Numbered from the stretch's first letter, positions 21,490 to 32,469 are shown. The stretch: 64,000 bases of DNA from Flavobacteriales bacterium (GCA_016715895.1 JADJXH010000004.1:218876-282875); one strand, 5' to 3'. The notes: a model not told the origin generated them from the sequence alone. Made by a program: numbers and translations.

Positions 21490-21589
21490 GGGGCGACGTT
21501 AACGTCGCCATGGATTTGAGGATCTCATCAAAAGGCGTGGGCGACGCGAACGTCGCCCTTACGAAGAGTGATCGCGTGGGCGATCACTC
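21490..21589. repeat. Cluster of three palindromes (REP doublet plus hairpin) between gmd and fcl
   Basis: ggcgacgttaacgtcgcc (21492-21509), gggcgacgcgaacgtcgcccttac (21539-21562) and gagtgatcgc-gtgg-gcgatcactc (21566-21589). Confidence 0.75.
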
Positions 21590-22705
21590 CTGTTCGTGCA
21601 GGATCTTGTGGCCGCCCTTCTTCAGGTACACGTCGCGCTTGAAGAGCTCCAGGTCGCTGGCCATCATCTCCTTCACCAGGGCCTTCAGGTCGTACTTGTG
21701 CTTCCAGCCCAGCTCGCGCATGGCCTTGGTGGGGTCGCCCTCCAGGTGGTCCACCTCGGCGGGACGGTAGTAGCGCTTGTCGATGGCCACGAGCACCTTG
21801 CCGGTCTTCCTGTCGACCCCCTTCTCCTTCTCGCCCTTGCCCTTCCACTCGAGCTTGATGCCCACCTCCCCGAAGGCGAGGTCAACGAAGTGGCGCACGG
21901 TGTAGGTCTTGCCGGTGGCGAGCACGTAGTCGTCGGGCTTCTTCGCCTGCAGCATCAGCCACATGCCTTCCACGTAATCCTTGGCGTGGCCCCAGTCGCG
22001 CTTGGCGTCCAGGTTGCCCAGGTAGAGCGTATCCTGCAGGCCCAGCTTGATCTTCGCCGCGGCGCGGGTGATCTTGCGGGTCACGAAGGTCTCACCGCGC
22101 AGCGGGCTCTCGTGGTTGAAGAGGATGCCGTTGCAGGCGAAGATGCCGTAGCTCTCGCGGTAGTTCTTGGTGATCCAGAAGCCGTACAGCTTGGCCACAC
22201 CGTAGGGACTGCGCGGATGGAACGGCGTTTCCTCGTTCTGCGCATGCGGACGCACACCGCCGTAGAGCTCGGAGGTGGAGGCCTGATAGAACTTGGTCTT
22301 CTTCTCGAGGCCCAGGATGCGGATGGCCTCCAGGAAGCGCAGCGTGCCGATGCCGTCGGCGTTGGCCGTGTACTCGGGCATCTCGAAGCTCACGTGCACA
22401 TGGCTCATCGCGGCCAGGTTGTAGATCTCGTCCGGCTGGATCTGCTGCACCAGGCGCAGGCAGTTCACGCTGTCGGTGAGGTCGCCGTAGTGCAGGTGGA
22501 AGGGACGGCCCTTCTCGTGCATGTCGTGGTAGAGGTGGTCGATGCGGTCGGTGTTGAAGAGCGAGCTGCGGCGCTTCACGCCGTGCACCTCGTAGCCCTT
22601 GTTCAACAGGAGCTCGCTCAGGTAGGCGCCGTCCTGTCCGGTGACACCGGTGATCAAGGCGACCTTGCGCTTCTTTCCGCTCGACTTCGTGCTTTTCTTG
22701 GCCAT
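21584..22705 (-). CDS. gmd: GDP-mannose 4,6-dehydratase
   Basis: [50 protein letters not shown] and RDWGHAKDY. Confidence 0.97.
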   Translation of the reverse strand: MAKKSTKSSGKKRKVALITGVTGQDGAYLSELLLNKGYEVHGVKRRSSLFNTDRIDHLYHDMHEKGRPFHLHYGDLTDSVNCLRLVQQIQPDEIYNLAAMSHVHVSFEMPEYTANADGIGTLRFLEAIRILGLEKKTKFYQASTSELYGGVRPHAQNEETPFHPRSPYGVAKLYGFWITKNYRESYGIFACNGILFNHESPLRGETFVTRKITRAAAKIKLGLQDTLYLGNLDAKRDWGHAKDYVEGMWLMLQAKKPDDYVLATGKTYTVRHFVDLAFGEVGIKLEWKGKGEKEKGVDRKTGKVLVAIDKRYYRPAEVDHLEGDPTKAMRELGWKHKYDLKALVKEMMASDLELFKRDVYLKKGGHKILHEQE

Positions 22706-22745
22706 GGGGTCGGGGCGACGATGGATCGCCCATGGGTTTGGTTGT

Positions 22746-23582
22746 TCAGTGGACGATGAACCAGTTGTTCACCAGGGAATGCTTGTTGTAGCGCAAAGGC
22801 GCGTTCGTGGTCACATCGATGAGCGTGCGACCCGCCTCGTTGGCGATGGCGTGGCCGGCGGCGCTGTCCCACTCCATGGTGGGGGCGTAGCGCGGGTAGG
22901 CATCGGCGCTGCCTTCGGCCACCAGGGCGATCTTCAAGGCGCTGCCCATGCTGGTGAGGGCCACCTCGCCGTGCTGCTGTCGCATGCGTGCGATGTAGGC
23001 CTCGGTCTCGGGGCTCGCATGGCTGCGGCTGGCCACGATGGTGAAGGGGCGCTGGGGCATGGATAGCGGCAGGCGCTCGGCCTGTGCGGCAAGTTCATAC
23101 GCCGAGGAGGCGCCCCGGGTTGCCGCCCGCTCGATCCGGTGGGCCCCACCCCCACCCCAGGCGAAGTAGAGCAGGTCCTTCACAGGCACGTAGAGCACCC
23201 CGGCGATCGGCCGCGCTGCGCCCAACGCACCGGAGGGTTCGCCGTCGCGCTCCATCAGCGCGATGTTCACCGTGAACTCGCCGTTGCGCTTGACGAACTC
23301 CTTGGTGCCGTCCAGCGGGTCCACCAGCCAGTAACGCTCCCAGCGCTGGCGCTCCTCCACGGGCAGTTCCTGGCCTTCCTCGCTGAGCACCGGCAGCCCC
23401 GTGGAGGCAAGCGCGGTCACGATGGCCCGGTGTGCGCGGCGGTCCGCCTCCGTGAGCGGCGAGCGGTCGTCCTTCAGCTCCACGGCGATGGCGCCGGCGT
23501 AGACCTCGAGGATCGCGCGCCCGGCATCGAACGCCGCGGCGATCGCCGGACCGAGCAGGTCACCGGGGGCCGTGTGCTGCAT
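22746..23582 (-). CDS. cysQ: 3'(2'),5'-bisphosphate nucleotidase
   Basis: [23 protein letters not shown] and [11 protein letters not shown]; TACCTTTG box at 23590-23597. Confidence 0.93.
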   Translation of the reverse strand: MQHTAPGDLLGPAIAAAFDAGRAILEVYAGAIAVELKDDRSPLTEADRRAHRAIVTALASTGLPVLSEEGQELPVEERQRWERYWLVDPLDGTKEFVKRNGEFTVNIALMERDGEPSGALGAARPIAGVLYVPVKDLLYFAWGGGGAHRIERAATRGASSAYELAAQAERLPLSMPQRPFTIVASRSHASPETEAYIARMRQQHGEVALTSMGSALKIALVAEGSADAYPRYAPTMEWDSAAGHAIANEAGRTLIDVTTNAPLRYNKHSLVNNWFIVH

Positions 23583-23664
23583 CGGGGGCCAAAGGTAGCC
23601 GCACCCGATGCGGGTGTTCCGCGCCGGCGGGTGCTTCCATCAACAACGCGTGTGCACGACGGCC

Positions 23665-24963
23665 TCAGGGCCTCGCGAGACGCGACCGATGCATCTCGAA
23701 GAGCTCCTCCTGCACGCTGTCCAGGGTGATGGCGCGGCCATCGATGAAGGCATAGCGCACCGCGTTGGTGCGCATGTCGAGCGCGTCGCCGGCCGAGAGG
23801 AAGAGGGTGGCGCTCTTGCCCACGGCAAGGCTGCCGTAGCGGGCGTCGATGCCCAGCACCTGTGCGGCACCCAGCGTGACGCAGCGGACGGCCTCCTCGG
23901 CGGGAAGGCCGTAGGCACGGGCGGTCCCGGCCAAGAAGGGCAGGTTGCGGGCGCCCATGCGCTCCATGTCGCCGGAGTAGCTCAGGCAGAAGGGCACCCC
24001 GCGTTCGTGCAGCAGGGCGGGCAGCCGATAGGGCAGGTCCACGTCGTCGTCGTTGCGCAACGGGAGGCTGTGCACTCGACGCAGCAGCACGGCCACGCGC
24101 TTGTCGCGCAGCAGGTCGGCGACGCGCCAGGCATCGTGGCCACCCACGATCACGGTGCGGTGCACGCCCATGCGGTCCGCGAAGAGCACGGCCTCCTGGA
24201 TGTCCTGCGCCTGTTCGGCATGCACGAAGAGGGTCATCTCCCCGGTGAACAGGCCGGCCAGCGCCTGGATGCGGACATCGGCCGGTGCGGCCTCGGGCCG
24301 GCGGGCGCGGGCGGCGGCCTCGGTGAAGAGCTGCTCCAGCTCGCGCAGGCGGCGCTCCCGTTCCTCGGCCTTCTCCTTCACCACGGGACCGGGCTCGGCC
24401 CACCACCCATGCCGGCTGAAGGCCCTGGGCCAGGTGATGTGCATGCCATTGTCGTGGGCGATGAGCGCATCGCGGCGGTCCCAGGCATCGAGCTGCACCA
24501 CGCTGCTGCGCCCGCTGACCACCCCGCCGCGCGGCACGATCTGGGCGATGAGCACACCGTTCCGGCGCACCGTGGGGATGATCCGCGAATCCACGTTGTA
24601 GGCCGTGGAGGCCCGCACCTCCGGAGTGATGTCCCCGGCCTCGTCCTCATCGATCGTGGCGTGCACCTGATCGATCTCGGCCAGGCCCAATGTGGCATCG
24701 GGCAGGATGAGACCCGGGTAGAGGTGACCGCCCGCGGCATCGATCACCGTGTCGTAGCGCGCCGCCGGGGCCGTGGGGCCCACGTGATCGATCACGCCGT
24801 TGCGGAAGCCGACGAAGCCGCCGGTGATCAGCCGGCCATCGCCGGTATGCACCTGCGCCTCGCGGATGAGCACGCTGCGGGACTGGGGCGGGGCGGGCGC
24901 CGGCCGCTGGGCCTGCACCGCACAGGCGGCCAGGGCCGCGAGAAGGGTCAGTGCGGTCCTCAT
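23665..24963 (-). CDS. Amidohydrolase family protein
   Basis: HLYPGLI, VTLGAAQVLGID and GSLAVGKSATL; signal peptide. Confidence 0.85.
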   Translation of the reverse strand: MRTALTLLAALAACAVQAQRPAPAPPQSRSVLIREAQVHTGDGRLITGGFVGFRNGVIDHVGPTAPAARYDTVIDAAGGHLYPGLILPDATLGLAEIDQVHATIDEDEAGDITPEVRASTAYNVDSRIIPTVRRNGVLIAQIVPRGGVVSGRSSVVQLDAWDRRDALIAHDNGMHITWPRAFSRHGWWAEPGPVVKEKAEERERRLRELEQLFTEAAARARRPEAAPADVRIQALAGLFTGEMTLFVHAEQAQDIQEAVLFADRMGVHRTVIVGGHDAWRVADLLRDKRVAVLLRRVHSLPLRNDDDVDLPYRLPALLHERGVPFCLSYSGDMERMGARNLPFLAGTARAYGLPAEEAVRCVTLGAAQVLGIDARYGSLAVGKSATLFLSAGDALDMRTNAVRYAFIDGRAITLDSVQEELFEMHRSRLARP

Positions 24964-27900
24964 GGTTCCTCGCCGAGGGTCTCACAATGCCAGTGTCCGT
25001 CCTTCTTCGGTGCGGGCGCCTCGGTGCGGGCGCCCAGTCGCTGCGCGGCGAGCACCTTGGTCACCAGGCGGTCGCGTTCGGTGCGGATCATCGCGCGGAG
25101 GCGCTCGTCACGTGACCGTTCGTACAGCGGCCTTCCGTCGACCAGGGTCATCTCGGCGCGGGCGTCGATGCTCAACGGATGGGCGCTCCACAGCACAAGG
25201 TCGGCGTCCTTGCCGGGCTCCACGGTGCCCATCCGGTGGTCAAGATGCAGCATGCGTGCGGGGTTGAGGGTCACCATCTTCAGGGCCTCCTCCTCGGGCA
25301 CCCCGCCGTACTTCACGGCCTTGGCGGCCTCCTGGTTCAGGCGGCGGCCCATCTCCGCATCATCGCTGTTGATGCCGGTGAGCACACCGGCCTGCCAGAG
25401 CAGCGCCGCGTTGTAGGGGATGGCCTCGTACACCTCCCACTTGTAGGCCCACCAGTCGCTGAAGGTGCTGGCGGCCACCCCGTGCTCGCGCATCCGGTCG
25501 GCCATCTTGTAGCCTTCGAGGATGTGGGTGAAGGTGTTCACCGTGAATCCAAGGCTGTCGGCGAGGTCCATCAACATTTCGATCTCGCTCTGCACGTAGC
25601 TGTGGCAGCTGATGAAGCGCTCGCCGCGAAGGACCTCGGCGAGGGCCTCGAGCTCCAGGTCGCGGCGGGGCGCGGGAGGCGGGGCCGTGCGGCGACGGCG
25701 CGCTCCGGTCCTGGCGACCGCGGCCGCGTGGGCGTCGTGCAACGCACGGTGATCGCGGGCGCGCAGGAAGGCGTCCAGCATCACCTGCTCCACGCCCATG
25801 CGCGTGCGGGGGTACCGATGGCCATGCGGCGAAGTGCTCTGCTTGACGTTCTCGCCCAGGGCGAACTTGATGAAACCCCGTGCATCATCGATCGGAAAGG
25901 CGTCAGCAGAAAGGCCCCAGCGCAGCTTCACCAGGGCGCTCTGGCCCCCGATGGGGTTGGCCGATCCGTGCAGCAATTGCGCGGCCGTGACCCCGCCGGC
26001 GAGCTGGCGGTAGATGTCCACATCGTCCGGATCGACCACATCGGTCATGCGCACCTCGGCGCTGATGGCCTGCCCTCCTTCGTTGACGCCGCGCCGCAAC
26101 GCGATGTGCGAATGCTCGTCCACGATGCCCGGGGTGAGGTGCAGGCCCGTCGCGTTCACCTCGCGCACCGCCGGTGGGGTCCGTCCGGTGAGCACGGTGG
26201 TGGGATCGAGGGCGGTGCCGACCGCGGCCACACGCCCCTGATGCACGAGGACATCCGCCTGGCGGAGGATGCCCCGCTCGGTGTTCGTCCATACCGTGGC
26301 GCCTTTGAAGAGGATGGTGGCGGAGTCGGGCACCAGGGTATCGCCGTAGGCGGAGAACGGCGCCCATACGGCCCCGGGCGCGCTGGCGAGCAGACTGTCC
26401 AGGGTCGCCTTGCGGGCTGCGGGATCCTTCACGGGCGCGGCATCGGCGCGGCGCACGGCGCTCCACGGTGTCCAGATATCGCCGGGGATCACCCCCTGGC
26501 CGTCCCAGATGGCACCCTCGGCGTGCACCGTACCGTTGAGCCGAACATCGCCAGCGCGGCCGATCGCCCTGGCATCGAAACGCAGTCCGATGCGTTCGCC
26601 ACTGTGCGTGAGGTCGGCGGCATACTTCGCGGTGTCACCGGCGGCACCGCGGAGCGTCGCCTTGCGGTCGCGCCACCGTCCACCGGTCACCTCCAGGCGC
26701 AGGGTCCGCCCGTCGATGTTCAGGTCATAGGTGCCCCGCACATCAGGCAGGCTCCGGTCGGCCAGCACGAACCGTTCACCCGCCACCCAGGTCTCCTGCA
26801 CGGCATTGTCCTCGGCCAGCAGGTGGTCCGTGGTGATGAGCAGGTTGGCCAGGGCCCCGGTGGCGAGGACGCCCAGGCGGTCCTCCAGACCGAGGTAGGC
26901 CGCGGGCACGGTGGTGCAGGCGGCGATGGCGGTGCTGCTGTCGAGGCCGCAACGCACCATGCGGCGCACCGCGGGCCACCAGTCCTCCGGCTCCTTCAGC
27001 CCGTGGCGGGTGAAGGCGAAGCGCACCCCGGCCTGGTGCAGGATACGGGGACCGTGGGGCGCGAGCTCCCAGTGCTTGAGCCGGGCGATGGGCACCTCGA
27101 GGGCGTCGTGCGGGTCACGGACATCGGGCGCATCGGGCTGCACCACGGGCAGGATGAGGTCGAGACCGGCGTCGGCCACCTCGCGCCATCGGGCAACCTC
27201 ATCGCCGCCGCCTTTGACGATGGCCCGGAACCCATGCTCGCGTCCCAGGGCGGCGATCCGCAGGACATCCTCGCGATCGCGGGCCTCGAACACCCAGGGC
27301 AGGCGTTGCTGAGAGGCCAAGGCCTCCAATTCGGCATCGCGCAGTTCGGCGGCGCCCCCTTCGCCATACCAACGGGCATCCAGCAAGGTCTGCCGCAACA
27401 GGGCGATCGAGCCGGTGAGCGAGGACGGGTAGGGGTCGGTGGAGCTGCCCTTCTGAAAGGAGAAGTGCGCCGAAGCGTCGGCCACCAGCACATCCAGTTG
27501 CGGGGACCGGCCTGCCGGGAGCACCACCGCGCCGGTGCCGCGCACGATGCCATCGGGCTGGTGCACCCACACGGCGGTGACACCCTGCGCGCGAAGGCGG
27601 GCGGCCTGATCGGCATCGGGGGCGTAGCGGGCCGCCGCCCGCTGGGTGGCCCGCACGGCCGGGTTCCAATGGCGCGCTCCGGCCAGTGTGCGGGCGGGTG
27701 CCGGTGCGTCCTTGGGCATGCCGAGGTCGCCGTACGGCTCCACGAGCCCCGGCCACACATGCGCGCCACGCAGGTCGTGCACCACGGCATCCTTCGGCAC
27801 GCTGACGTCCCTGCCCACGGCCGTGATGCGCTCCCCGGTCACCACGAGGGTGGCGTCGTACACAGTGCGGCCCGGCTCGGGATGCAACGTGGCGTGCACG

Positions 27901-28025
27901 AACGCGTGCACCGGCACGTTGCGGTCGTGCGGCCCGTTCACCGGGGCGGTCACCTGGGCCATGGCCGTCCCCAGGAACGTCACGGCGCACAGGAGGCCGG
28001 AGGCCGGCGGAAGAAGGGACCGCAT
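24960..28025 (-). CDS. Large two-domain amidohydrolase family protein
   Basis: TPGIVDEHSH, KFALGENVK, GINSDD and GTVEPGKDADLVLW. Confidence 0.85.
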   Translation of the reverse strand: MRSLLPPASGLLCAVTFLGTAMAQVTAPVNGPHDRNVPVHAFVHATLHPEPGRTVYDATLVVTGERITAVGRDVSVPKDAVVHDLRGAHVWPGLVEPYGDLGMPKDAPAPARTLAGARHWNPAVRATQRAAARYAPDADQAARLRAQGVTAVWVHQPDGIVRGTGAVVLPAGRSPQLDVLVADASAHFSFQKGSSTDPYPSSLTGSIALLRQTLLDARWYGEGGAAELRDAELEALASQQRLPWVFEARDREDVLRIAALGREHGFRAIVKGGGDEVARWREVADAGLDLILPVVQPDAPDVRDPHDALEVPIARLKHWELAPHGPRILHQAGVRFAFTRHGLKEPEDWWPAVRRMVRCGLDSSTAIAACTTVPAAYLGLEDRLGVLATGALANLLITTDHLLAEDNAVQETWVAGERFVLADRSLPDVRGTYDLNIDGRTLRLEVTGGRWRDRKATLRGAAGDTAKYAADLTHSGERIGLRFDARAIGRAGDVRLNGTVHAEGAIWDGQGVIPGDIWTPWSAVRRADAAPVKDPAARKATLDSLLASAPGAVWAPFSAYGDTLVPDSATILFKGATVWTNTERGILRQADVLVHQGRVAAVGTALDPTTVLTGRTPPAVREVNATGLHLTPGIVDEHSHIALRRGVNEGGQAISAEVRMTDVVDPDDVDIYRQLAGGVTAAQLLHGSANPIGGQSALVKLRWGLSADAFPIDDARGFIKFALGENVKQSTSPHGHRYPRTRMGVEQVMLDAFLRARDHRALHDAHAAAVARTGARRRRTAPPPAPRRDLELEALAEVLRGERFISCHSYVQSEIEMLMDLADSLGFTVNTFTHILEGYKMADRMREHGVAASTFSDWWAYKWEVYEAIPYNAALLWQAGVLTGINSDDAEMGRRLNQEAAKAVKYGGVPEEEALKMVTLNPARMLHLDHRMGTVEPGKDADLVLWSAHPLSIDARAEMTLVDGRPLYERSRDERLRAMIRTERDRLVTKVLAAQRLGARTEAPAPKKDGHWHCETLGEEP

Positions 28026-28070
28026 GGGCGGCGAAAATAGGGGTGCGGACGCGGCGGCCCCGGCGACGGC

Positions 28071-28078
28071 TACCTTTG
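28071..28078 (+). promoter_or_regulatory. -7 promoter element; divergent partner TATTTTCG on the minus strand at 28032-28039
   Basis: Exact TACCTTTG, 23 nt before ATG 28101. Confidence 0.65.
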
Positions 28079-28100
28079 CCGCCCATCAGCAGCATCCCGC

Positions 28101-28541
28101 ATGGAGACGAACATCCTGGGTTTCTTCCACAGCCTGTTGCGCTACGGTGTGCTGGCCTTCGTGGCCGCTGCCGGCCTCACGGCGCTCAACGGCCTGCTGC
28201 GCGGTCGGCCCATCCTGGTCTATGAGCGCACCTTGGCCATGGTGGCGGTGCTGCTGTGCCATGTGCAGCTGGTGCTCGGCCTCATCCTCTACTTCATGCG
28301 GTTCAAGGCCTTCGGCATGATGCAGCCCGCCCACCAGCGATTCTGGAAGATGGAGCACATCGGAACGATGGTGGTCGCCATCGTGCTGGTGACGGTGGGA
28401 CGTGCGATGAGCAAGCGGGCCAAGGAGGAGCCGCGCAAGCAGCGGCTCATCGCCATCTTCTTCCTGATCGCCCTGGTGCTGATGCTGTGGGCGACGCCCT
28501 GGCCGTTCAAGGAGGTGGGGCGCGACCTGGGCTGGTTATGA
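28101..28541 (+). CDS. Conserved four-TM membrane protein (often labelled cytochrome b-like in Bacteroidota)
   Basis: HSLLRY, HVQLVLGLILY, RFWKMEHIG..MVVAI and IPWP-like TPWP. Confidence 0.75.
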   Translation: METNILGFFHSLLRYGVLAFVAAAGLTALNGLLRGRPILVYERTLAMVAVLLCHVQLVLGLILYFMRFKAFGMMQPAHQRFWKMEHIGTMVVAIVLVTVGRAMSKRAKEEPRKQRLIAIFFLIALVLMLWATPWPFKEVGRDLGWL

Positions 28542-28888
28542 GCATGCGCCTGCTTCCCCTTTTCGCGATCGTGTTGCTGGCCTGCACAGCAGGCGGTTCC
28601 ACGGAGGATCCGGTGATGGCCGACACGCTGCCGAACGGCTCCCCGAACGGTCCGGCGCTGTTCCAGATGCACTGCACCCTCTGCCACGGCAAGGACGGAA
28701 AGCTGGGGCTGAGCGGTGCGAAGGACCTCACCCTGTCGGCGCTCACGCGGGAGGAGGTGAGCACGGTGGTGGCCGGTGGCAAGGGGAAGATGATGGGCTA
28801 CCGCAACATGCTGAAGCCCGTGGAGCTCGACGCCGTGGTGGACCACGTGATGGCGCTGCGCACAAGCGCACCCGGGGGTCGGCCATGA
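28538..28888 (+). CDS. Monoheme c-type cytochrome (lipoprotein)
   Basis: LLAC lipobox, CTLCH heme site and distal Met in GKGKMM. Confidence 0.88.
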   Translation: MSMRLLPLFAIVLLACTAGGSTEDPVMADTLPNGSPNGPALFQMHCTLCHGKDGKLGLSGAKDLTLSALTREEVSTVVAGGKGKMMGYRNMLKPVELDAVVDHVMALRTSAPGGRP

Positions 28889-30117
28889 TCGAGACCACGC
28901 GGGCGAAGGCCGAAACGGCCGTGCTGGTGGGCCTGGTGACCGATGAGCAGGACGCCGGGCGGGTGAAGGAATACCTGGACGAGCTGGAGTTCCTGGCCAC
29001 CACGGCGGAGATCCGCACGGTGAAGCGGTTCACGCAGAAGCTGCACCGGCCCGACGGGCGCACGTACGTGGGCAGCGGCAAGCTGGCCGAGGTGAAGGCC
29101 TGGATCGAGGCGAACGGCACCGACAGTGTGATCTTCGACGATGAGCTGACGCCCGCCCAGCAGCGCAACCTGGAAAAGGAGCTCGGGCGGCCCGTGCTCG
29201 ACCGGCCCCGCTTGATCCTGGACATCTTCGCCCGGAGGGCCCGCACGGCGCACGCCCGCACGCAGGTGGAGCTGGCACAGTACGAGTACATGCTGCCCCG
29301 CCTCACCAAGCTGTGGACGCACCTGGAACGGCAGCGCGGTGGCACCGGCACGCGGGGCGGGGCCGGCGAAAAGGAGATCGAGACCGACCGTCGCATCGTA
29401 CGCGACCGCATCGCCCTGCTGAAGGCCCAGCTGCGCGACATCGACCGCCAGAAGGCCACCCAGCGCGGCAACCGTGGCAAGCTGGTGCGCGTGGCGCTCG
29501 TGGGCTACACCAACGTGGGCAAGAGCACGCTGATGAACCTGCTGAGCAAAAGCGATGTCTTCGCCGAGGACAAGCTCTTCGCCACGCTGGACACCACCGT
29601 GCGGAAGGTGGTGCTCGGCAACCTGCCCTTCCTGCTCAGCGACACGGTGGGCTTCATCCGCAAGCTGCCGCACCAGTTGATCGAGAGCTTCAAGAGCACC
29701 CTGGACGAAACGCGCGAGGCCGACCTGCTGCTGCACGTGGTGGATGTGAGCCACCACGACTTCGAACAGCAGTACGCCACGGTGAAGCAGACCCTGAACG
29801 AGATCGGCGCCGGCGACAAACCCGTGATCGTGGTGCTGAACAAGATCGACGCGTACCGCCCGGCCCCGCACGACCCGGACGACCTGGCGCCCAAGCGCCG
29901 CGATCAGTTCACACTGGAGGAGCTGCAGCGCACGTGGATGTCGAGCATGGACGGTGCGGAGTGCATCTTCATCAGCGCGGCGCGACGCACGAACATCGAC
30001 ACCCTGCGCCGGTTGCTGTATGACCGCGTGAAGGCGCTGCACATCGCGCGCTACCCGTACGAGAGCGATCTGCTGTTCAAGGACGCCTACCTCGAAGGTC
30101 GCGTGGAGGAGGAGTGA
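28885..30117 (+). CDS. hflX: Ribosome-splitting GTPase HflX
   Basis: QVELAQ, LERQRGG, GEKEIETDRR, VGYTNVGKST, DTVGFI and NKID. Confidence 0.97.
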   Translation: MIETTRAKAETAVLVGLVTDEQDAGRVKEYLDELEFLATTAEIRTVKRFTQKLHRPDGRTYVGSGKLAEVKAWIEANGTDSVIFDDELTPAQQRNLEKELGRPVLDRPRLILDIFARRARTAHARTQVELAQYEYMLPRLTKLWTHLERQRGGTGTRGGAGEKEIETDRRIVRDRIALLKAQLRDIDRQKATQRGNRGKLVRVALVGYTNVGKSTLMNLLSKSDVFAEDKLFATLDTTVRKVVLGNLPFLLSDTVGFIRKLPHQLIESFKSTLDETREADLLLHVVDVSHHDFEQQYATVKQTLNEIGAGDKPVIVVLNKIDAYRPAPHDPDDLAPKRRDQFTLEELQRTWMSSMDGAECIFISAARRTNIDTLRRLLYDRVKALHIARYPYESDLLFKDAYLEGRVEEE

Positions 30118-30177
30118 GCCCGGGAGCGCCCGGCAGCGCATACGCACCGGTGCGGGAGGCACGTTGCACAAGGACCG

Positions 30178-32469
30178 ATGGCGAGGAAGCGCGGCAAGGG
30201 GAAGGGGAAGCGGAAGGCGCCGGGGATCGGGGCCATCCTGCTGCTGCTCGTGCTCGCCGCCGTAAGCGGGCTCGGGCTGCTGGTGGCACTGGTGTCGTTC
30301 AACGTGTTCGGTCGGCTGCCCAGCCAGGCCGAGCTGGCCGCCATCGAGCATGAGGAGGCCACGCTGGTGTTCGCCGAGGACGGCACCTTGATCGGCAAGC
30401 TCTTCGCGGAGGAACGCACCAACATCCGCTATGAGGACCTGCCGCAGCACCTCATCGACGCCCTGGTGAGCACCGAGGACGCGCGCTTCTTCGAGCACCA
30501 GGGGGTGGACGGCACGAGCTACGTCCGCGTATTCTTCCGCACCATCCTCGGCGGTGACCGCAGCGCGGGCGGTGGCAGCACCATCAGCCAGCAGATCATC
30601 AAGAACCTCTATGGTCGCGAGCGGCACGGGCTGCTCACGGTGCCCGTGAACAAGATCAAGGAGGCGCTGGTGGCGCAGCGGCTGGAGCGCGTGTATGACA
30701 AGCGCGGCGTGCTCGTGCTCTACCTGAACAGCGTGCCGTTCGGCGAGAACCTCCATGGCATCGAGTCGGCCGCGCGCCGCTTCTTCGGCCGTTCCACGTC
30801 GCGGCTGAGCGTGGAGGAGGCCGCCGTACTGGTGGGCATGCTGAAGGCGAACACGGCCTACAACCCGCGCCTGCATCCCGACCGCGCCCGCGAACGCCGC
30901 AACACGGTGCTGGGCCTGATGGAGAAGCACGGCCACCTGGACGCGCGCACGGCGGACAGTCTTCAGGCCCTGCCGTTGAAGCTGCGCTACACCGGGCTCG
31001 ACGCCTACGACGTGTACGGCTACTTCGTGGCCCGGGTGGCCGAGGAGGCCGAGGCCCTCCTGCGGGAGCAGGCCGCGGCAGCCCCCTCCGGCGGGAAGAA
31101 GAAGAAGGTCCTGCGGGCCCCTGTTCCGCCCGCGGCCCTCCCGGACCTGCGCAAGGACGGCCTGCGCATCCACACCACGCTCGATCCCGAGCTGCAGCAC
31201 CTGGCCGTGGAGGCCTCGCGGGCACACCTCGCACGCATGCAGCCCAGGCTCGATGCGGAACTGAAGGCCTCAAAGGCCCGCACGGCATGGGAGCGCGCCA
31301 AGGGGCGGAAGGCCGACCGCGCTTGGAAAGCCGATGCCACCGCACCGCGCGAGCTGTACGACCACACCGGTGTCCGCGTGGACACGATCGGCCATCGCGA
31401 CAGCCTGTGGCACTACCATCGCCTGCTGAACGCCGCCGTGCTGATGATGGAACCGGGCACCGGCAACGTGCGGGCCTGGGTGGGCGGCGGCCACCCCCGC
31501 TATCTGCCGTACGACCTGGTGAAGGCGCGTCGCTCCATCGCCAGCGCGATCAAGCCCGTGATCTATGCCGCCGCGCTGGAGGCCGGTCACGCGCCATGCA
31601 CCTACCTCAGCAACACGCCACGCACCTATGCCGAATACGATGACTGGGCGCCGGGCAACTTCGACGGCGATACCACCGGCGGCGAGGTGGCCATGTGGGC
31701 GGCGCTGGCGCGCAGCATGAACCTGCCCACGGTGGACCTCTACTTCAGGCTGGACCAGGACTCGCTGCGCGACGTGGTGCGCGCCTTGGGCATTCCCGGT
31801 GTGCAGGTGCAGCATCCGTCGGTGTGCCTGGGTTCGTCCGACCTCAGCCTGCTCGACATGGTTCCGGTGTACGCGGCCTTCGCTGCACGCGGTCAACGGC
31901 CACGCCCACGCCTGATCACGCGCATCACCGACGCCGACGGCAAGGTGCTGTACGAAGCACCCCGTCCGCGGAGCCGGCGGGCGCTCACCGCGGAGGTGGC
32001 TGATGCCATGAACGCCATGCTGCGCCGAGCCGTGGACCAGGGCACGGGCACGGCGCTGCGCTCACGCCATGGCGTGGGTGGCGCCCTGGCCGGCAAGACG
32101 GGGACCTCCCAGGACCAGCGTGATGCCTGGTTCTTCGGCTACACGCCCGGGTTGGTGGTGGGCACCTGGGTCGGCGCGCGCGATCCGTCGGTTCATTTCC
32201 GCGGGGCCCTGGGCACCGGTTCGCAACTGGCCCTGCCCATCGCCGGGCAGGTGTTCCACGGCATCGAGGCGAGCAGTGAGCTGCGCCGGCGCTACATGCG
32301 ACCCTTTACCGCGCCGGACTCCGCACGGTTCGTGATGGACTGTCCTGCCCGGCATGAGCCCGGTTGGATCGAGCGGCTGTTCGGGGGTCCGCCAGAAGAC
32401 CCGACGGATACGAACGCGCGGCCCGGATTTCTGCAGCGCCTCTTCCGCGACCGGGAGCAGGAGCGCTGA
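30178..32469 (+). CDS. Penicillin-binding protein 1A (transglycosylase-transpeptidase)
   Basis: EDARFFEHQG, GGSTISQQ, KIKE, YLNSVPFG, SAIK, SMN and KTGT. Confidence 0.93.
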   Translation: MARKRGKGKGKRKAPGIGAILLLLVLAAVSGLGLLVALVSFNVFGRLPSQAELAAIEHEEATLVFAEDGTLIGKLFAEERTNIRYEDLPQHLIDALVSTEDARFFEHQGVDGTSYVRVFFRTILGGDRSAGGGSTISQQIIKNLYGRERHGLLTVPVNKIKEALVAQRLERVYDKRGVLVLYLNSVPFGENLHGIESAARRFFGRSTSRLSVEEAAVLVGMLKANTAYNPRLHPDRARERRNTVLGLMEKHGHLDARTADSLQALPLKLRYTGLDAYDVYGYFVARVAEEAEALLREQAAAAPSGGKKKKVLRAPVPPAALPDLRKDGLRIHTTLDPELQHLAVEASRAHLARMQPRLDAELKASKARTAWERAKGRKADRAWKADATAPRELYDHTGVRVDTIGHRDSLWHYHRLLNAAVLMMEPGTGNVRAWVGGGHPRYLPYDLVKARRSIASAIKPVIYAAALEAGHAPCTYLSNTPRTYAEYDDWAPGNFDGDTTGGEVAMWAALARSMNLPTVDLYFRLDQDSLRDVVRALGIPGVQVQHPSVCLGSSDLSLLDMVPVYAAFAARGQRPRPRLITRITDADGKVLYEAPRPRSRRALTAEVADAMNAMLRRAVDQGTGTALRSRHGVGGALAGKTGTSQDQRDAWFFGYTPGLVVGTWVGARDPSVHFRGALGTGSQLALPIAGQVFHGIEASSELRRRYMRPFTAPDSARFVMDCPARHEPGWIERLFGGPPEDPTDTNARPGFLQRLFRDREQER

